DNA of 64,000 nt, from the NCBI GenBank assembly GCA_041664265.1, contig JBAYLD010000002.1, forward strand, positions 35,505 to 99,504, in the 5' to 3' direction. This document shows positions 38,664-48,570 of the stretch, in pieces. This stretch comes from Minisyncoccota bacterium (GTDB lineage: Bacteria; Patescibacteriota; Minisyncoccia; Phycocordibacterales; Phycocordibacteraceae). The translations under genes were made by a program, and so were the position numbers. The number at the start of each line of letters is the position of its first letter. Position 1 is the first letter of the stretch. The notes under the pieces are model-generated. The model searched no databases. It saw nothing but the letters and a program-made list of their open reading frames with translations, and was not told where the DNA came from.

Positions 38664-39945
38664 TGCGTGCAATATCTGACCTGACTTTCTCAGTCACATA
38701 GGCAAAATCGTCGATTATTTTCTGCTCGTCTCCTACGAGAAGGTTGTCCTGCCATAACAGTTTCTTACCGCCTACGATTACTCCCTCGACGACTATTGAG
38801 TCGTTTGTGATTAAGCTGTCCACTGGATTGGTTCTCGAGAAATGACTCCCGCGAAGGAGTGTAATATCCGCCTTCTTTCCGGGCTCTATACTGCCAACCT
38901 CGGTAAACATCCTGAGTGACTTTGCTGGGCTTATTGTAATCATATCCAGTATATCTTGAGCTGAGACATGACATTCCTCCGGACAAAAACGGTTATGAAA
39001 AAAATAACAACGTCTCGCTTCAGAGAGGACGCTGAAAGTCCCAGCTGTAGCAACGCCGTCTGTAGCTATGCTCACTGAGATGTTGTTCTGTAACAATGAC
39101 CAAATATCGGCTGTATTATCGGCAACACGCAAATTTGAAGAAAGACAGTGAACGAGAGACGAGTTTGATCGGTTAATCAACGAAGCATCCTCTGAAGAGA
39201 GATTGTTCCCATGGATGAGAAGTGTTTGTTTACCTAAAAGGTTGTATTTTTGAAGTACGTGGACCGACGTCAATCCAAACGCATCCTTAGATTCAGCCTC
39301 GGTCTTTGCCGTCTCCGCGATATGAGCCATAATTAATATGTCAGAATATTTAGTCTTTAAATCTCGCGCTAAAGACAACATCTCTTCGCTCACTGTCCCA
39401 AGAGAGTGCACAAACAATGCTGGACGCGAAATGGACTGGTTCAGTCCCAAATAGAATTTTTCAAATTGTTCTTCAATATTCTCACCAAACTTACCAAGTT
39501 TCGGGCTTTGCATAAGCATATAGGCAGACACATTGCGCAGTCCAAACGGCTCAGAAGACTCGTTTGTCCTCCCTCCAGCAATTGTTGTCGCGCCGCTTCT
39601 AATAAGTTGTAACAATGAATAGTCACATATCAATCGCCGAGCATCCTCAATTGTACTGGAAACAGTGGATAGTCTATTTGTAAATTCTATATATTTCTCA
39701 AGATCATACCAACCGTTCATAAAGCCGGTGTAAATAGTCTCCCCGAGATGTACGTGCGCGTTTATAAATCCCGGAGAAACAATGAGCCCAGAAGCATCGA
39801 TTGTCTCTTCCCCCGCCCTCAAATCGCCTTCATAATCGCCCTTGCCGACCACTGCGATAGAATCATCTACAATGTAAATATAACCGTGAGGGATAATCTC
39901 ACGATTTGCATTTTGGGTGATAATTGTTGCATTTTGTATCAGCAT
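38638..39945 (-). CDS. Amidohydrolase, MTA/SAH/5'-deoxyadenosine or guanine deaminase-like
   Basis: PGFINAHVH, HIAET, HCLSSN, ATDG, GSIEPGKKAD. Confidence 0.82.
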   Translation of the reverse strand: MLIQNATIITQNANREIIPHGYIYIVDDSIAVVGKGDYEGDLRAGEETIDASGLIVSPGFINAHVHLGETIYTGFMNGWYDLEKYIEFTNRLSTVSSTIEDARRLICDYSLLQLIRSGATTIAGGRTNESSEPFGLRNVSAYMLMQSPKLGKFGENIEEQFEKFYLGLNQSISRPALFVHSLGTVSEEMLSLARDLKTKYSDILIMAHIAETAKTEAESKDAFGLTSVHVLQKYNLLGKQTLLIHGNNLSSEDASLINRSNSSLVHCLSSNLRVADNTADIWSLLQNNISVSIATDGVATAGTFSVLSEARRCYFFHNRFCPEECHVSAQDILDMITISPAKSLRMFTEVGSIEPGKKADITLLRGSHFSRTNPVDSLITNDSIVVEGVIVGGKKLLWQDNLLVGDEQKIIDDFAYVTEKVRSDIARTTSSQTHE

Positions 39946-39983
39946 CTTAATATAAAAAATAAGGAGCGGCTTTCGCCTGCTCC

Positions 39984-40580
39984 TTATGATAAAACACTTT
40001 CCACGTGGTGGGAAATAAGTGCGCTGATTCCCTCTACCGACAGAGAACCATCGACTACCACCCATGAAGCTTCTTTTGAGAGATCGAGAAAAACTTCTCT
40101 CTGCTTTCGGAAGAACTCGTTGCTCATCAGATCGAACTTGCTTTGCTCCAATTTCTTGTCCTTTCGGTGAGCCGCCTCCTCAATGTCAACATCAAGAAGC
40201 AATGTTAACTTTGGTCTCAAGCCGTTAATGGCAAGCGTAATGGCATTGAGGAGAAACGACCTAGAAAACCCGAGTGATTCGAAATAACTTACAAACGACC
40301 CGACTCCGCGATCACAGATGACGATTCCATTGCTTGAGATGAATGGAACGATTACCTGCGAAAAGAGTTGCGCTTTGCAAGCTAGGAAAGAAAAGAGTTC
40401 GACTTCCGGTGGCCTAGATTCTCCGCTGGTTAACACCTTCCGTATTCCTCTCCCAAGCTCCGTGCTTCCGAGGTCTTTTACTACGATCACATCTTTCCCT
40501 TGTTGTTGCAGATACTCCTTGAGAAGCTCGCACTGCGTTGTCTTTCCAACACCATCAACACCTTCGATTTCGATAATCAT
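39984..40580 (-). CDS. tmk: Thymidylate (dTMP) kinase family
   Basis: IEGVDGVGKTT, ICDR, PKLTLLLD, VDG; GGAGG SD before ATG 40580. Confidence 0.85.
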   Translation of the reverse strand: MIIEIEGVDGVGKTTQCELLKEYLQQQGKDVIVVKDLGSTELGRGIRKVLTSGESRPPEVELFSFLACKAQLFSQVIVPFISSNGIVICDRGVGSFVSYFESLGFSRSFLLNAITLAINGLRPKLTLLLDVDIEEAAHRKDKKLEQSKFDLMSNEFFRKQREVFLDLSKEASWVVVDGSLSVEGISALISHHVESVLS

Positions 40581-40708
40581 TTTACCCTCCAATCTGATTT
40601 CCATGTTAAGAACAATGCTTCGGCACCATCCGAACGCTCTGTTTATATTGTAGCATACCTTTACAGATAATGCAAGCCCCCCCAGTTTGCAACGTATTTT
40701 AAGCCTTC

Positions 40709-42493
40709 TTATGGCTGGTATTCGCTCAGCTTTATAGCACCGAGAACGTACAGCCTCGTCATTGCTCGCGTTAGCGCAACATACAAGAGATCTTTCTGAA
40801 TTCGCTTTTTCTCCTCTTCATGTTCATCAATATTGTCACTTATTCTCCCGTTTCTGAATGAATGCCCGTCTATACCTACAATGAATACTGTGTCGAACTC
40901 GACACCCTGGGATTCCGCCATGGTTAATACATGAACCCGTGGATCATTCTGGAAGTGGAGTCTGAACGGCTCGAGATATTCAGCGCGTCTTGCAATAATA
41001 CCAACAGTGGGATCAGCCGCGGCGTTGAACGTCTTTTGTATATAATGAACCTGCTCCTCTTGTGTGTGCAGAATTTGTTCTTCAACCATTGGGCCATCTT
41101 TACTACTGCTCGGGACTGATATTGCATATCCTAGATCTCGAATATATGAGAGTATTTGTCGTGTACTTCGATAGACTCTTCCCAACTCAACGTGCTTATC
41201 TCCTGTTATGTTTTCTCCGATATCGTCCCAAGTGCGAATAGTCCCCACATTAATCTGCTGAGCCATATCGCCCACATATAATATTGACTTCGTATCAGTC
41301 GACAGACACCGTTTCAACAGTATCAATTGTTCCGGTAGGTAGTTCTGAAATTCATCGACAAGAATAAGTGAATACGCAAGCGCTGATTTTATGTAGCGCT
41401 CCTTTGGGACACCAAATTTTTCAAAAAATGCCAGCAAAAGAAACGTCAGATCAAACCTGTCGAGTACACCATGGGCTTTCTGCCGATCGAACGTCTTCAG
41501 AGCAGCTGGACTAAGATGTTGAGCATAGAGAGATTTTAACGCAACAAATGAACGGCGGCCAAATACGCATTTCAGTCCTTTTCTAAGCAACTTTAATTTC
41601 TCGTATTCATAAGCATCCCGTTCCTCATCATTGTCGCCGAATCTAAATGTGAACTCATGACCAGATATGTTGAGTATTTCAAATGCCCACTCCCAGAACG
41701 TGGTGATGCACACCCCTTTAATACCGAGATCGGGAAGGATCTCGGAAAAGTATTCTTTGGTAGCGGAATCTTGCACAAAGACAATAACTGAACCTCTATA
41801 GAAAAGCGAAGATGTATCAATTGACTGCATCAAAAATGCAATCCTGTGGAACGCGAGTGTTGTTTTGCCTGAACCTGCGGGACCGGATATTACCAGAGAT
41901 CCTTTGTGATGTGCTCGAATAATTTGATCCTGGGCTTTCTCCATTTGGGCCACTATTTCAGGGAGCGCAAACCCTGATTTCCGCTGGGTGAAAGGTTCTC
42001 GATATATGACTTCCCACAGGGCGTTCAGAGTTTCGCGAGTGTAGGAAAGAATTTTCTGGTCAATTATTGTAAACTTCTCCTTAGAGAGAAGCTGCGCCAT
42101 CTTTTTCTCCCCGCTCGGGAGTGTGTACGCGACGTCCCCAAGATTCTCAAAACGTATTGACGATATGGGTGCAACCCACGAATATATAGCCTCTTCTGAT
42201 AGGTTAAAGGTCGCGAAGTAAACAGTCACGATTTCTGGTGAAGATTCATATACCAATTCACATTTTATGAAGTAAGGAGTCTTATTGAGAAAAGTCAATT
42301 CTTCAATCCTTTGACTAAGATAGTAGAGCCGATTCGAATGCACGCCCAGATCGTCACTTCGAATACGGAAAGTCTCACTTTCCGCCTTTTCTTTCTGAGC
42401 AGTAATTACTTCGCGTGAATTGACGATTGTCTTACGCACTGCAATTAAATGCTTTCTCAAGCCAGATAGTAACTGTTCTTTGGTGGCTTCCAT
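40709..42493 (-). CDS. SF1 helicase-like ATPase, HelD/UvrD family
   Basis: GPAGSGKT, VDEFQ, VGD..Q, YRST, QGVEFD, YVALTRA; HelD-like N-terminus (PYF, W.API). Confidence 0.82.
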   Translation of the reverse strand: MEATKEQLLSGLRKHLIAVRKTIVNSREVITAQKEKAESETFRIRSDDLGVHSNRLYYLSQRIEELTFLNKTPYFIKCELVYESSPEIVTVYFATFNLSEEAIYSWVAPISSIRFENLGDVAYTLPSGEKKMAQLLSKEKFTIIDQKILSYTRETLNALWEVIYREPFTQRKSGFALPEIVAQMEKAQDQIIRAHHKGSLVISGPAGSGKTTLAFHRIAFLMQSIDTSSLFYRGSVIVFVQDSATKEYFSEILPDLGIKGVCITTFWEWAFEILNISGHEFTFRFGDNDEERDAYEYEKLKLLRKGLKCVFGRRSFVALKSLYAQHLSPAALKTFDRQKAHGVLDRFDLTFLLLAFFEKFGVPKERYIKSALAYSLILVDEFQNYLPEQLILLKRCLSTDTKSILYVGDMAQQINVGTIRTWDDIGENITGDKHVELGRVYRSTRQILSYIRDLGYAISVPSSSKDGPMVEEQILHTQEEQVHYIQKTFNAAADPTVGIIARRAEYLEPFRLHFQNDPRVHVLTMAESQGVEFDTVFIVGIDGHSFRNGRISDNIDEHEEEKKRIQKDLLYVALTRAMTRLYVLGAIKLSEYQP

Positions 42494-42514
42494 GAATGAG
42501 ACTCGGATTTTTGT

Positions 42515-43048
42515 TTACGCCTTCGCAAGTCCTTGGTTTTTACGCTGTTTGAGATACAGATTTTTGAAGTAGGTAGGGACATCGGGAAAATACTTCTTGA
42601 ACTGCTTTTCCGGCAAATATTGGATGGAGCGTATGATCTTCCGGCAGCCCTTTTGTCCGCACGCGCATTTCATTTCCCAGAAATCATCACCTTCTATAAT
42701 AGAGTAATCTATAGTTACCTCCTCGCCCTCTTTGATAGGCTTGAGGGCGACGATAACATACTTTCCTTTTACGCTCTTGTCCGACTTGTTAACAATGATA
42801 GTCCCATTGATTCCCGCATTAGGATTACACGAATGATTAAGATATTGATTAGGGTATTCAGGATCTATCCACTTATCTTTTCCCACACCTATCCAATTCG
42901 GATAAGAAAGGGACTCTTCTTTGTTGGTGACCGTAAGAAATCTTGCCTCACCACGTATTTCTTGAATGGCTTCACCCTTCTTAATTTTCTCTCCGGCAGA
43001 AACTCCCTTGCCTTCGATAGGACTTGAGCAAATATAAATATGCTTCAT
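42515..43048 (-). CDS. SET domain protein-lysine methyltransferase
   Basis: G.GV.A, NHSCNPN, GEEVTIDY, post-SET CACG...CR. Confidence 0.92.
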   Translation of the reverse strand: MKHIYICSSPIEGKGVSAGEKIKKGEAIQEIRGEARFLTVTNKEESLSYPNWIGVGKDKWIDPEYPNQYLNHSCNPNAGINGTIIVNKSDKSVKGKYVIVALKPIKEGEEVTIDYSIIEGDDFWEMKCACGQKGCRKIIRSIQYLPEKQFKKYFPDVPTYFKNLYLKQRKNQGLAKA

Positions 43049-43078
43049 GTTTTTCGGTGCCGCGATTATACCATAAAG

Positions 43079-43110
43079 AAAGCCCCTCGTGGATATCCAC
43101 AAAGGGCTTT
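43079..43110 (-). terminator. Terminator of 43109..43681
   Basis: AAGCCC...GGGCTT stem followed by a T-tract on the minus strand. Confidence 0.55.
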
Positions 43111-43681
43111 AACTCTTTCGTCTTGCGATCAAGAAGGTTGCCAGATGCACCGCCAGATGACTTGTCGGATATGCCAACTCTTCCCATCGTTTAAGTCTCA
43201 GAAGGACTGAGACGAGAAGGAGAGAGTACGCGAGTGTCCAGATGAGCCACGGCAACGGCCTTTCGACCTCCCTACCCGCAAGCTGTCCACGGAACATGGG
43301 CAGGAATGACAAGACGGTACTGACCTGGTAGAGCAAACTCGCAATCACGACATTGGTAAAAGCCCAGATGACCGTAACCGCTCCGTCTGCACCTACAAAA
43401 GCCCAGTCCGTTTTGTCTGGCCAACTGAACCGCTTCTTCACAATCGCGTAGCAGAAGGTGCTAATGGCCGCTACCGCACAAGCCGCCGGAAGAATGTTCT
43501 TCACCCAGTCGCCGGTGAGCACGGAGTACGACGCAAGGTCAACTATCCCTCCGAGCGCCCAGATGCTCCACGAGCCGGTGTTTATCTTCTCGCCAGCGCC
43601 TCTGTTGTAAATGAAGTAGCCGACCAGCTGCACCGCTCCGGCCGCAAAGCCGAGAACGACTGAAATCTCTGTGATGCCCAT
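43109..43681 (-). CDS. Small multi-TM membrane protein (cassette)
   Basis: 6-7 TM helices with repeated SWSIW/PWLIW; AAGGAGG SD; TTGCAT-N17-TATGAT promoter. Confidence 0.65.
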   Translation of the reverse strand: MGITEISVVLGFAAGAVQLVGYFIYNRGAGEKINTGSWSIWALGGIVDLASYSVLTGDWVKNILPAACAVAAISTFCYAIVKKRFSWPDKTDWAFVGADGAVTVIWAFTNVVIASLLYQVSTVLSFLPMFRGQLAGREVERPLPWLIWTLAYSLLLVSVLLRLKRWEELAYPTSHLAVHLATFLIARRKS

Positions 43682-43834
43682 CTGGCACCTCCTTTCTGTT
43701 TATTTGTCTGACGTTAAAAGACCAAGGTATCTGACACCTCGTCACCCTGTCGAGGGCGAGGAAACCTCCCAAATACCACCTCTTTATATCATAGCACATC
43801 TTCCTAAAAAATGCAAGAGGTGCGTAGGACAGCC

Positions 43835-44488
43835 CTATTTAATTAGGTTGTTGAACGCGTCATATGTTGGCTCGAATCCGTACACCGCTTTAAATAAAGC
43901 GTTAAACTTGTCTTTTGTTGGATTTCCGCCTGATTTCTTGATGTTCCGTAAAAGATCAAGAATTTTCTCTTTACCAAACGCCTTAACAAGGGCTTCTACG
44001 GCAAAGCCCGATTCTTTATAGACTCCAGCACCGCCAGTATCGAAGAATTCTAGAAAACTAGAAAATGATGCTGGTTTCTTTTTGAACTGAATATCGCCAG
44101 AAACATACCCGCTCAACCCCTCGGTCAGCCATATAGGAGTATGGCCGCCGTTAGTACTCGCGCTGAAAAATAGATGGCAGAGCTCGTGGGTGAGAAGCGC
44201 ATTATATTCTTCAACAGAATGCGCCCTATCTGATTCTGTCCCCATTTTTTCCCTTGCGAGCAGGAATACTTTGCGGTGCTCAGACCACCCGACTACCCAG
44301 GACTCCGTATTTTTAGTTCGCAGACAATCAATCGTCGCTCGATCTTCAACAATAAATACAGGAGGTAGATGCTGAGTCCAACCAATATCAAAGAAATCAT
44401 TGAGCCGCTTCATCGCGGCTACGTACGATTCTTCCAATTCATTATGAACGGGTTTGACGGTCAGGTTGAATAGGTGGTCCATACACAT
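43835..44488 (-). CDS. Zincin-like (peptidase MA) protein
   Basis: HELCH...P.WLTEGL. Confidence 0.7.
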   Translation of the reverse strand: MCMDHLFNLTVKPVHNELEESYVAAMKRLNDFFDIGWTQHLPPVFIVEDRATIDCLRTKNTESWVVGWSEHRKVFLLAREKMGTESDRAHSVEEYNALLTHELCHLFFSASTNGGHTPIWLTEGLSGYVSGDIQFKKKPASFSSFLEFFDTGGAGVYKESGFAVEALVKAFGKEKILDLLRNIKKSGGNPTKDKFNALFKAVYGFEPTYDAFNNLIK

Positions 44489-44489
44489 T

Positions 44490-45104
44490 TTATTCTCCTA
44501 TTGCCTTAGCCACCGCCTCCATATTTGGGAAGAATTTTTCAAATGCAGGGTCAACCATTGAAATATCCTCCCTCATAATCTGCATCTTTGTGAGCCCCGG
44601 AAAATAACGCTCCAGAAGCAGCCCCACCAGTCGCTCTTTGCGCCAATGTCGCACCTGATACTGATCAATAAGATACTGGATAGTCATATGCACTATTTCG
44701 TGCACGACAGTGCCCGTTATGCCTCCTTGTAACTTGATAGTGATACGAACTATCACCTCATTTATATTTGCATTGTAACTTCCCCCTGAGCCGTACTTCG
44801 TCAGGACAACGCTATATTCATTTCCCAGATGGAACGACGGCTCATTCCTCATTTTTTCAAATCCATCGGGGATAGCCTGCCACTCGCGTTGTAACGCGGC
44901 GGCGCACTCGGCATAATCAGTCTCAACATATTCGCGTTTCACCGCATGTATCACCTCGTCCTCGTTTGAGTCTTTATGTATTCCTTCAGGAAGCTTGGCA
45001 AAGCCTGCAGGATATCCCTGTTCCAAATACCACGGAATTCTTTTTATAGCCTCCAGTACGCGCCGCACTTCCTGTTCAACGCCATATGAAATAGTGAGCT
45101 TCAT
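44490..45104 (-). CDS. Hypothetical protein with HExxH motif
   Basis: YGSGGSY...HEIVH...KERLV. Confidence 0.6.
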   Translation of the reverse strand: MKLTISYGVEQEVRRVLEAIKRIPWYLEQGYPAGFAKLPEGIHKDSNEDEVIHAVKREYVETDYAECAAALQREWQAIPDGFEKMRNEPSFHLGNEYSVVLTKYGSGGSYNANINEVIVRITIKLQGGITGTVVHEIVHMTIQYLIDQYQVRHWRKERLVGLLLERYFPGLTKMQIMREDISMVDPAFEKFFPNMEAVAKAIGE

Positions 45105-45199
45105 AACTAATTTTTAGTAAACAATGGTGACTGCCTCCTTTTTTCCTGTCCCCTTTTTCCCAGTAACAACGTATTGTCCCACTACTTTTCCAATAATGT

Positions 45200-45697
45200 T
45201 CATAACGTCTCTTTTAGCAAAAGCGCACGCTCAAGCTGAGCATCACCACTCTCGCCCCAGTCAAAATACTTTTTCGCATCTTGCGGGTCAATGAGCTTTA
45301 TTTCTGTAACATCGCCATCAGGATCTGAAATGAATTCGCCTATCGGTTCAACGATGCACACCGAGCGAGCGCCCAGAGTCCGTTCTGGTTCTAAAATTTC
45401 CATATACCCGATCGCCTGTTGCTTCAGGACGCGCATATTCGTCTCTTCAAATACTTCGCGCACAACGGCTTCTTCAATCGTCTCACCAGGTTCTATTCCT
45501 CCCCCGGGTGGTCCCCAACTCCCCTTATTTTCTGCATACACAATGACGAGTTTATCACCGCAGAAGCAGAATCCATGCACCCCCTTCACTTTGGTTCCCT
45601 TCAGTTCATCAAATGCATCAAGATCACGATAGATAAAGGGTATCGTCTGCCCACTCGTGCGACTAACAAACGTCGAGCAGATTTCTTTGTGTGACAT
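45200..45697 (-). CDS. NUDIX hydrolase (paralog of 25284..25769)
   Basis: PGGGIEPGET...REVFEET. Confidence 0.88.
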   Translation of the reverse strand: MSHKEICSTFVSRTSGQTIPFIYRDLDAFDELKGTKVKGVHGFCFCGDKLVIVYAENKGSWGPPGGGIEPGETIEEAVVREVFEETNMRVLKQQAIGYMEILEPERTLGARSVCIVEPIGEFISDPDGDVTEIKLIDPQDAKKYFDWGESGDAQLERALLLKETL

Positions 45698-45708
45698 GTA
45701 TATATCAG

Positions 45709-45866
45709 TCAGAATAAAAATGCTCCATATAACCCAACCGCCTCGCGGATATTCGCGGTAAGTTCATCAAGGGTCTCTCCTTGCGTCACAATAGGTACAC
45801 TCACACCCTCCGCGACATAGCCACCATCGCTCTCGGAGATTTGAAAGATGATATGATACTTTTCAT
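45709..45866 (-). pseudogene. Frameshifted, truncated HicB-like antitoxin
   Basis: ATG AAA AGT ATCAT-ATCAT (5-bp duplication); the shifted frame reads IFQISESDGGYVAEGVSVPIVTQGETLDELTANIREAV. Confidence 0.6.
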
Positions 45867-45895
45867 ACTCAATAGTATACCACAACGCACAGGAA

Positions 45896-46588
45896 TTATT
45901 CAGCTACCGCGAAGCAATAGAAGAGGCCGCCGCTGCCGGTCGTTGCCAGCTCCTCTAAGCTGCAGCCGCGTGAGAGATGGGACGAGTTCCATGACCTGGC
46001 TGCATCAGTATCGCTGGTGCCCTGCCGGTCATGATGCCCAACCATGGCACCGCCGCGGCGGTCTTCAGTCCAGTTGTCGCAGGTGACGTCTGTCGAGGTG
46101 GCGATAGCCCGGCCGTCGGGGCCCGAGCCAGTCAAGATGTCGTGCCAATTCGGCGTGTCGCCGCGGCCGTTTACTACCACACCCCTCTCGTCGAGCGCCG
46201 TCTGCTTGGTGATGAAGTTACCGTTGTGAAGCTGCTCTAAGCTCGAGGCGATCAACTCGCCGTTAAAGTTATTCCAGGGGCCGTTACCGATGCGGTCGCG
46301 TGCGTTTGTAGCCGACGTGTTCGAGGTTGCTTGCGTGCTCAAGTATGCGTGCCACGTCTTGTCGCCCGCGCCAGCCGAGCTCGCGAGCGTCTGACAATAG
46401 GCATCTGCACCCGCGAGCCCGCCCAAGTCACCGCCCCGGCCGGGATTCCTGCTCGTCACGAAGAAGGTCATCTCAGCTTGATTTTGCGATTGCGAGGGTA
46501 ACCCGGGCTGTCGCGAAGCGGCGAGGTACCAAATGCTTATGATCACGATCAGGCCGATGCCCAAACCAACGAGATATGGCGTCCGCAT
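45896..46588 (-). CDS. Exported lectin/endostatin-fold protein
   Basis: GDLGGLAGADAYC, WHAYLS, NARDRIG.GPW, HDILTG, GLFYCFA. Confidence 0.75.
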   Translation of the reverse strand: MRTPYLVGLGIGLIVIISIWYLAASRQPGLPSQSQNQAEMTFFVTSRNPGRGGDLGGLAGADAYCQTLASSAGAGDKTWHAYLSTQATSNTSATNARDRIGNGPWNNFNGELIASSLEQLHNGNFITKQTALDERGVVVNGRGDTPNWHDILTGSGPDGRAIATSTDVTCDNWTEDRRGGAMVGHHDRQGTSDTDAARSWNSSHLSRGCSLEELATTGSGGLFYCFAVAE

Positions 46589-46599
46589 ATTGTTTTATG

Positions 46600-47709
46600 T
46601 TAGGGGCTAACCGTGGTAATACTGACGGTCACTGGTGCTCCCGGGACTTGCGCTGATTCAACGATAGTCATCTCATAGGTGCCCTCTGCCACCAGCCCGG
46701 CGAAGATGCCGGTCGTCTTCGCGGTCTTGAAGGTGCCCTTTGAGGTGATCGTCGAACCAACGACGGTCGCCGTGCCGTTGTACGCGAGCGTGACATGCCC
46801 GGCCGGGATCGTGTCGATATCAATGTCGATCGTGCCTTGGTGCTGGCCTACACCATTTTTCGTCTTCAGGTTAGTGATAACCTTCAGCTGCGTGGCGGTG
46901 TTGGCGACGCCGTTAATCGTGATCGGGAACGCGCCCATGGTCGGCGGGATAGTCTCGAGCGGCGCTTCATACTGCCGATCCTTCACCTGGCCTTGGCCCA
47001 CCTGGCCAACGCGATCGAACAAGAGTTGCGTAGCGGGCAACGCGATATTCAGCGGGCCGGTCGGATAGCCGGGGCCAGAGACGCCGCCGGTGATAATCAC
47101 GCCCGCTCTCGCCTGCGCTTCGGGGGTCACATCCGCTCGCGCGGTCTCTGTCTGCCCAAACGCCATCAGGCTTTTAATCTTGGCCTCCAGCTCCTTGATC
47201 TTCGCTGTCAGCTCTTGGATCTTCTTTGTAGCGTCTGCCGCAGGCGTCTGTGCTACTTCTTCTTGTGCCTGAGCTTGTTCTTCAGGAGCGGCAATCGGCT
47301 TGGTAATCGCCTCTTCATTAGAATCTACAAGTGCTTTGTTAAGCTCCTTCCGCGTGAGCTCGCCCACGAATCCGGTCGCCGGGATGCCGTGTGCCTTTTG
47401 GAACTCGACAACCGCCTTCTTGGTCAGATCCATGAAGTTGCCCGTGATAATGATGTTCTTGTCGAAGAATCCTTCATCTTGCAATTCTTTTTGCAGACGA
47501 GCGACCTCGTCATCCTTTATCCCGAACCCGAGATTTTTTTCAAAATGGTTCCGCTCTGAAGATCCGGGGTTTGAAACTTCTCCGCCACTTCCCTCGCTGC
47601 CGTCCTCGCGCGCAAAAGCGGGAGAGACAATCATGAGTGCGAGAACCGTAATAAGAGCTATCACACCTGCCGAATAAACTTGTGGGATATGTATTGCGTG
47701 TGTTTTCAT
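46600..47709 (-). CDS. Exported peptidoglycan-binding domain protein
   Basis: Signal peptide; V..LQ..L...G...TGNF...T..AV..FQ...G...TG.VG..T; coiled coil. Confidence 0.8.
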   Translation of the reverse strand: MKTHAIHIPQVYSAGVIALITVLALMIVSPAFAREDGSEGSGGEVSNPGSSERNHFEKNLGFGIKDDEVARLQKELQDEGFFDKNIIITGNFMDLTKKAVVEFQKAHGIPATGFVGELTRKELNKALVDSNEEAITKPIAAPEEQAQAQEEVAQTPAADATKKIQELTAKIKELEAKIKSLMAFGQTETARADVTPEAQARAGVIITGGVSGPGYPTGPLNIALPATQLLFDRVGQVGQGQVKDRQYEAPLETIPPTMGAFPITINGVANTATQLKVITNLKTKNGVGQHQGTIDIDIDTIPAGHVTLAYNGTATVVGSTITSKGTFKTAKTTGIFAGLVAEGTYEMTIVESAQVPGAPVTVSITTVSP

Positions 47710-47765
47710 ATCCCGCCACCATACGAGGTAGCGCGTTAACTTTTCATTAAGAAAGATTCAAGGAA

Positions 47766-48266
47766 TTACCGCTTGTGCACGGCAAAGATGCGGATGGTGC
47801 GGAGCAACCCGTAAATGACTGCGGTGAGCACGACGTAGAGCGCAACTGCCGAGCCAAAAGGGATCGTCAGCCGGCCAAGCGTGAGATAGGCGAGGAGCCA
47901 CCACGCCGTTAGGGCGGCGGCGGAGCCGAAGGTAAAGGAGACGCGCCGGCGCGCGAGCGCCCACGAGAAGCCGATGACCAGCAGCGTGAGCAGAGTGAAG
48001 ATCCAATAGTTCGCGGTAAGTGCAGGCTGCAATGTTTCGTGGAGCGCGTACGCGACAACGGCGAGTGCCAGAGAAGAAAGGAGGAGGAGCGTCATGCCGA
48101 AGCGTAGTCCATGCGCGATAACGCGCAGGTGCGCGCGCTCGGCAGTATCGATCTCCCCGTCACGCATCGCGCGAATGTGCGCAAGCTCGCCCCAGATCGC
48201 CGTGCAGGCGCCGGTGAATGCGCCGAGCACTTGGCAGAAGAATAAGAAGAGGATCAGTTTTGTCAT
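47766..48266 (-). CDS. Hypothetical membrane protein
   Basis: About 5 TM helices; DGEID..E motif. Confidence 0.6.
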   Translation of the reverse strand: MTKLILFLFFCQVLGAFTGACTAIWGELAHIRAMRDGEIDTAERAHLRVIAHGLRFGMTLLLLSSLALAVVAYALHETLQPALTANYWIFTLLTLLVIGFSWALARRRVSFTFGSAAALTAWWLLAYLTLGRLTIPFGSAVALYVVLTAVIYGLLRTIRIFAVHKR

Positions 48267-48291
48267 GGGTATGTATAGTGAACGTATCGAA

Positions 48292-48522
48292 CTATTTCTG
48301 CATCAGCGCCCCGAGCTCGGCGCGATATTTCTTCATCACCTCCATGCTTGCCTTCATCTCGTCTTCGCCGCCCTTCTTCCGCCGTTCGATCTCCTCGCCG
48401 ATCTTTTTGAAAAGCTGCGGATCCTTCGCCACAAGCTCAGTCATCTGCTCGCGCTGCGCCGCCGGCATATCCTTCAGCTTCCACTTGGCATATTGGTTGA
48501 TGAGAAAACTCTGGACGGACAT
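48292..48522 (-). CDS. Small conserved CPR hypothetical protein
   Basis: 76 aa, helical; TGGTATACT 7 nt upstream of ATG. Confidence 0.65.
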   Translation of the reverse strand: MSVQSFLINQYAKWKLKDMPAAQREQMTELVAKDPQLFKKIGEEIERRKKGGEDEMKASMEVMKKYRAELGALMQK

Positions 48523-48570
48523 ATGGTATAGTATACCAGTCAACTTATCATGTAGACAATAATATTCACT

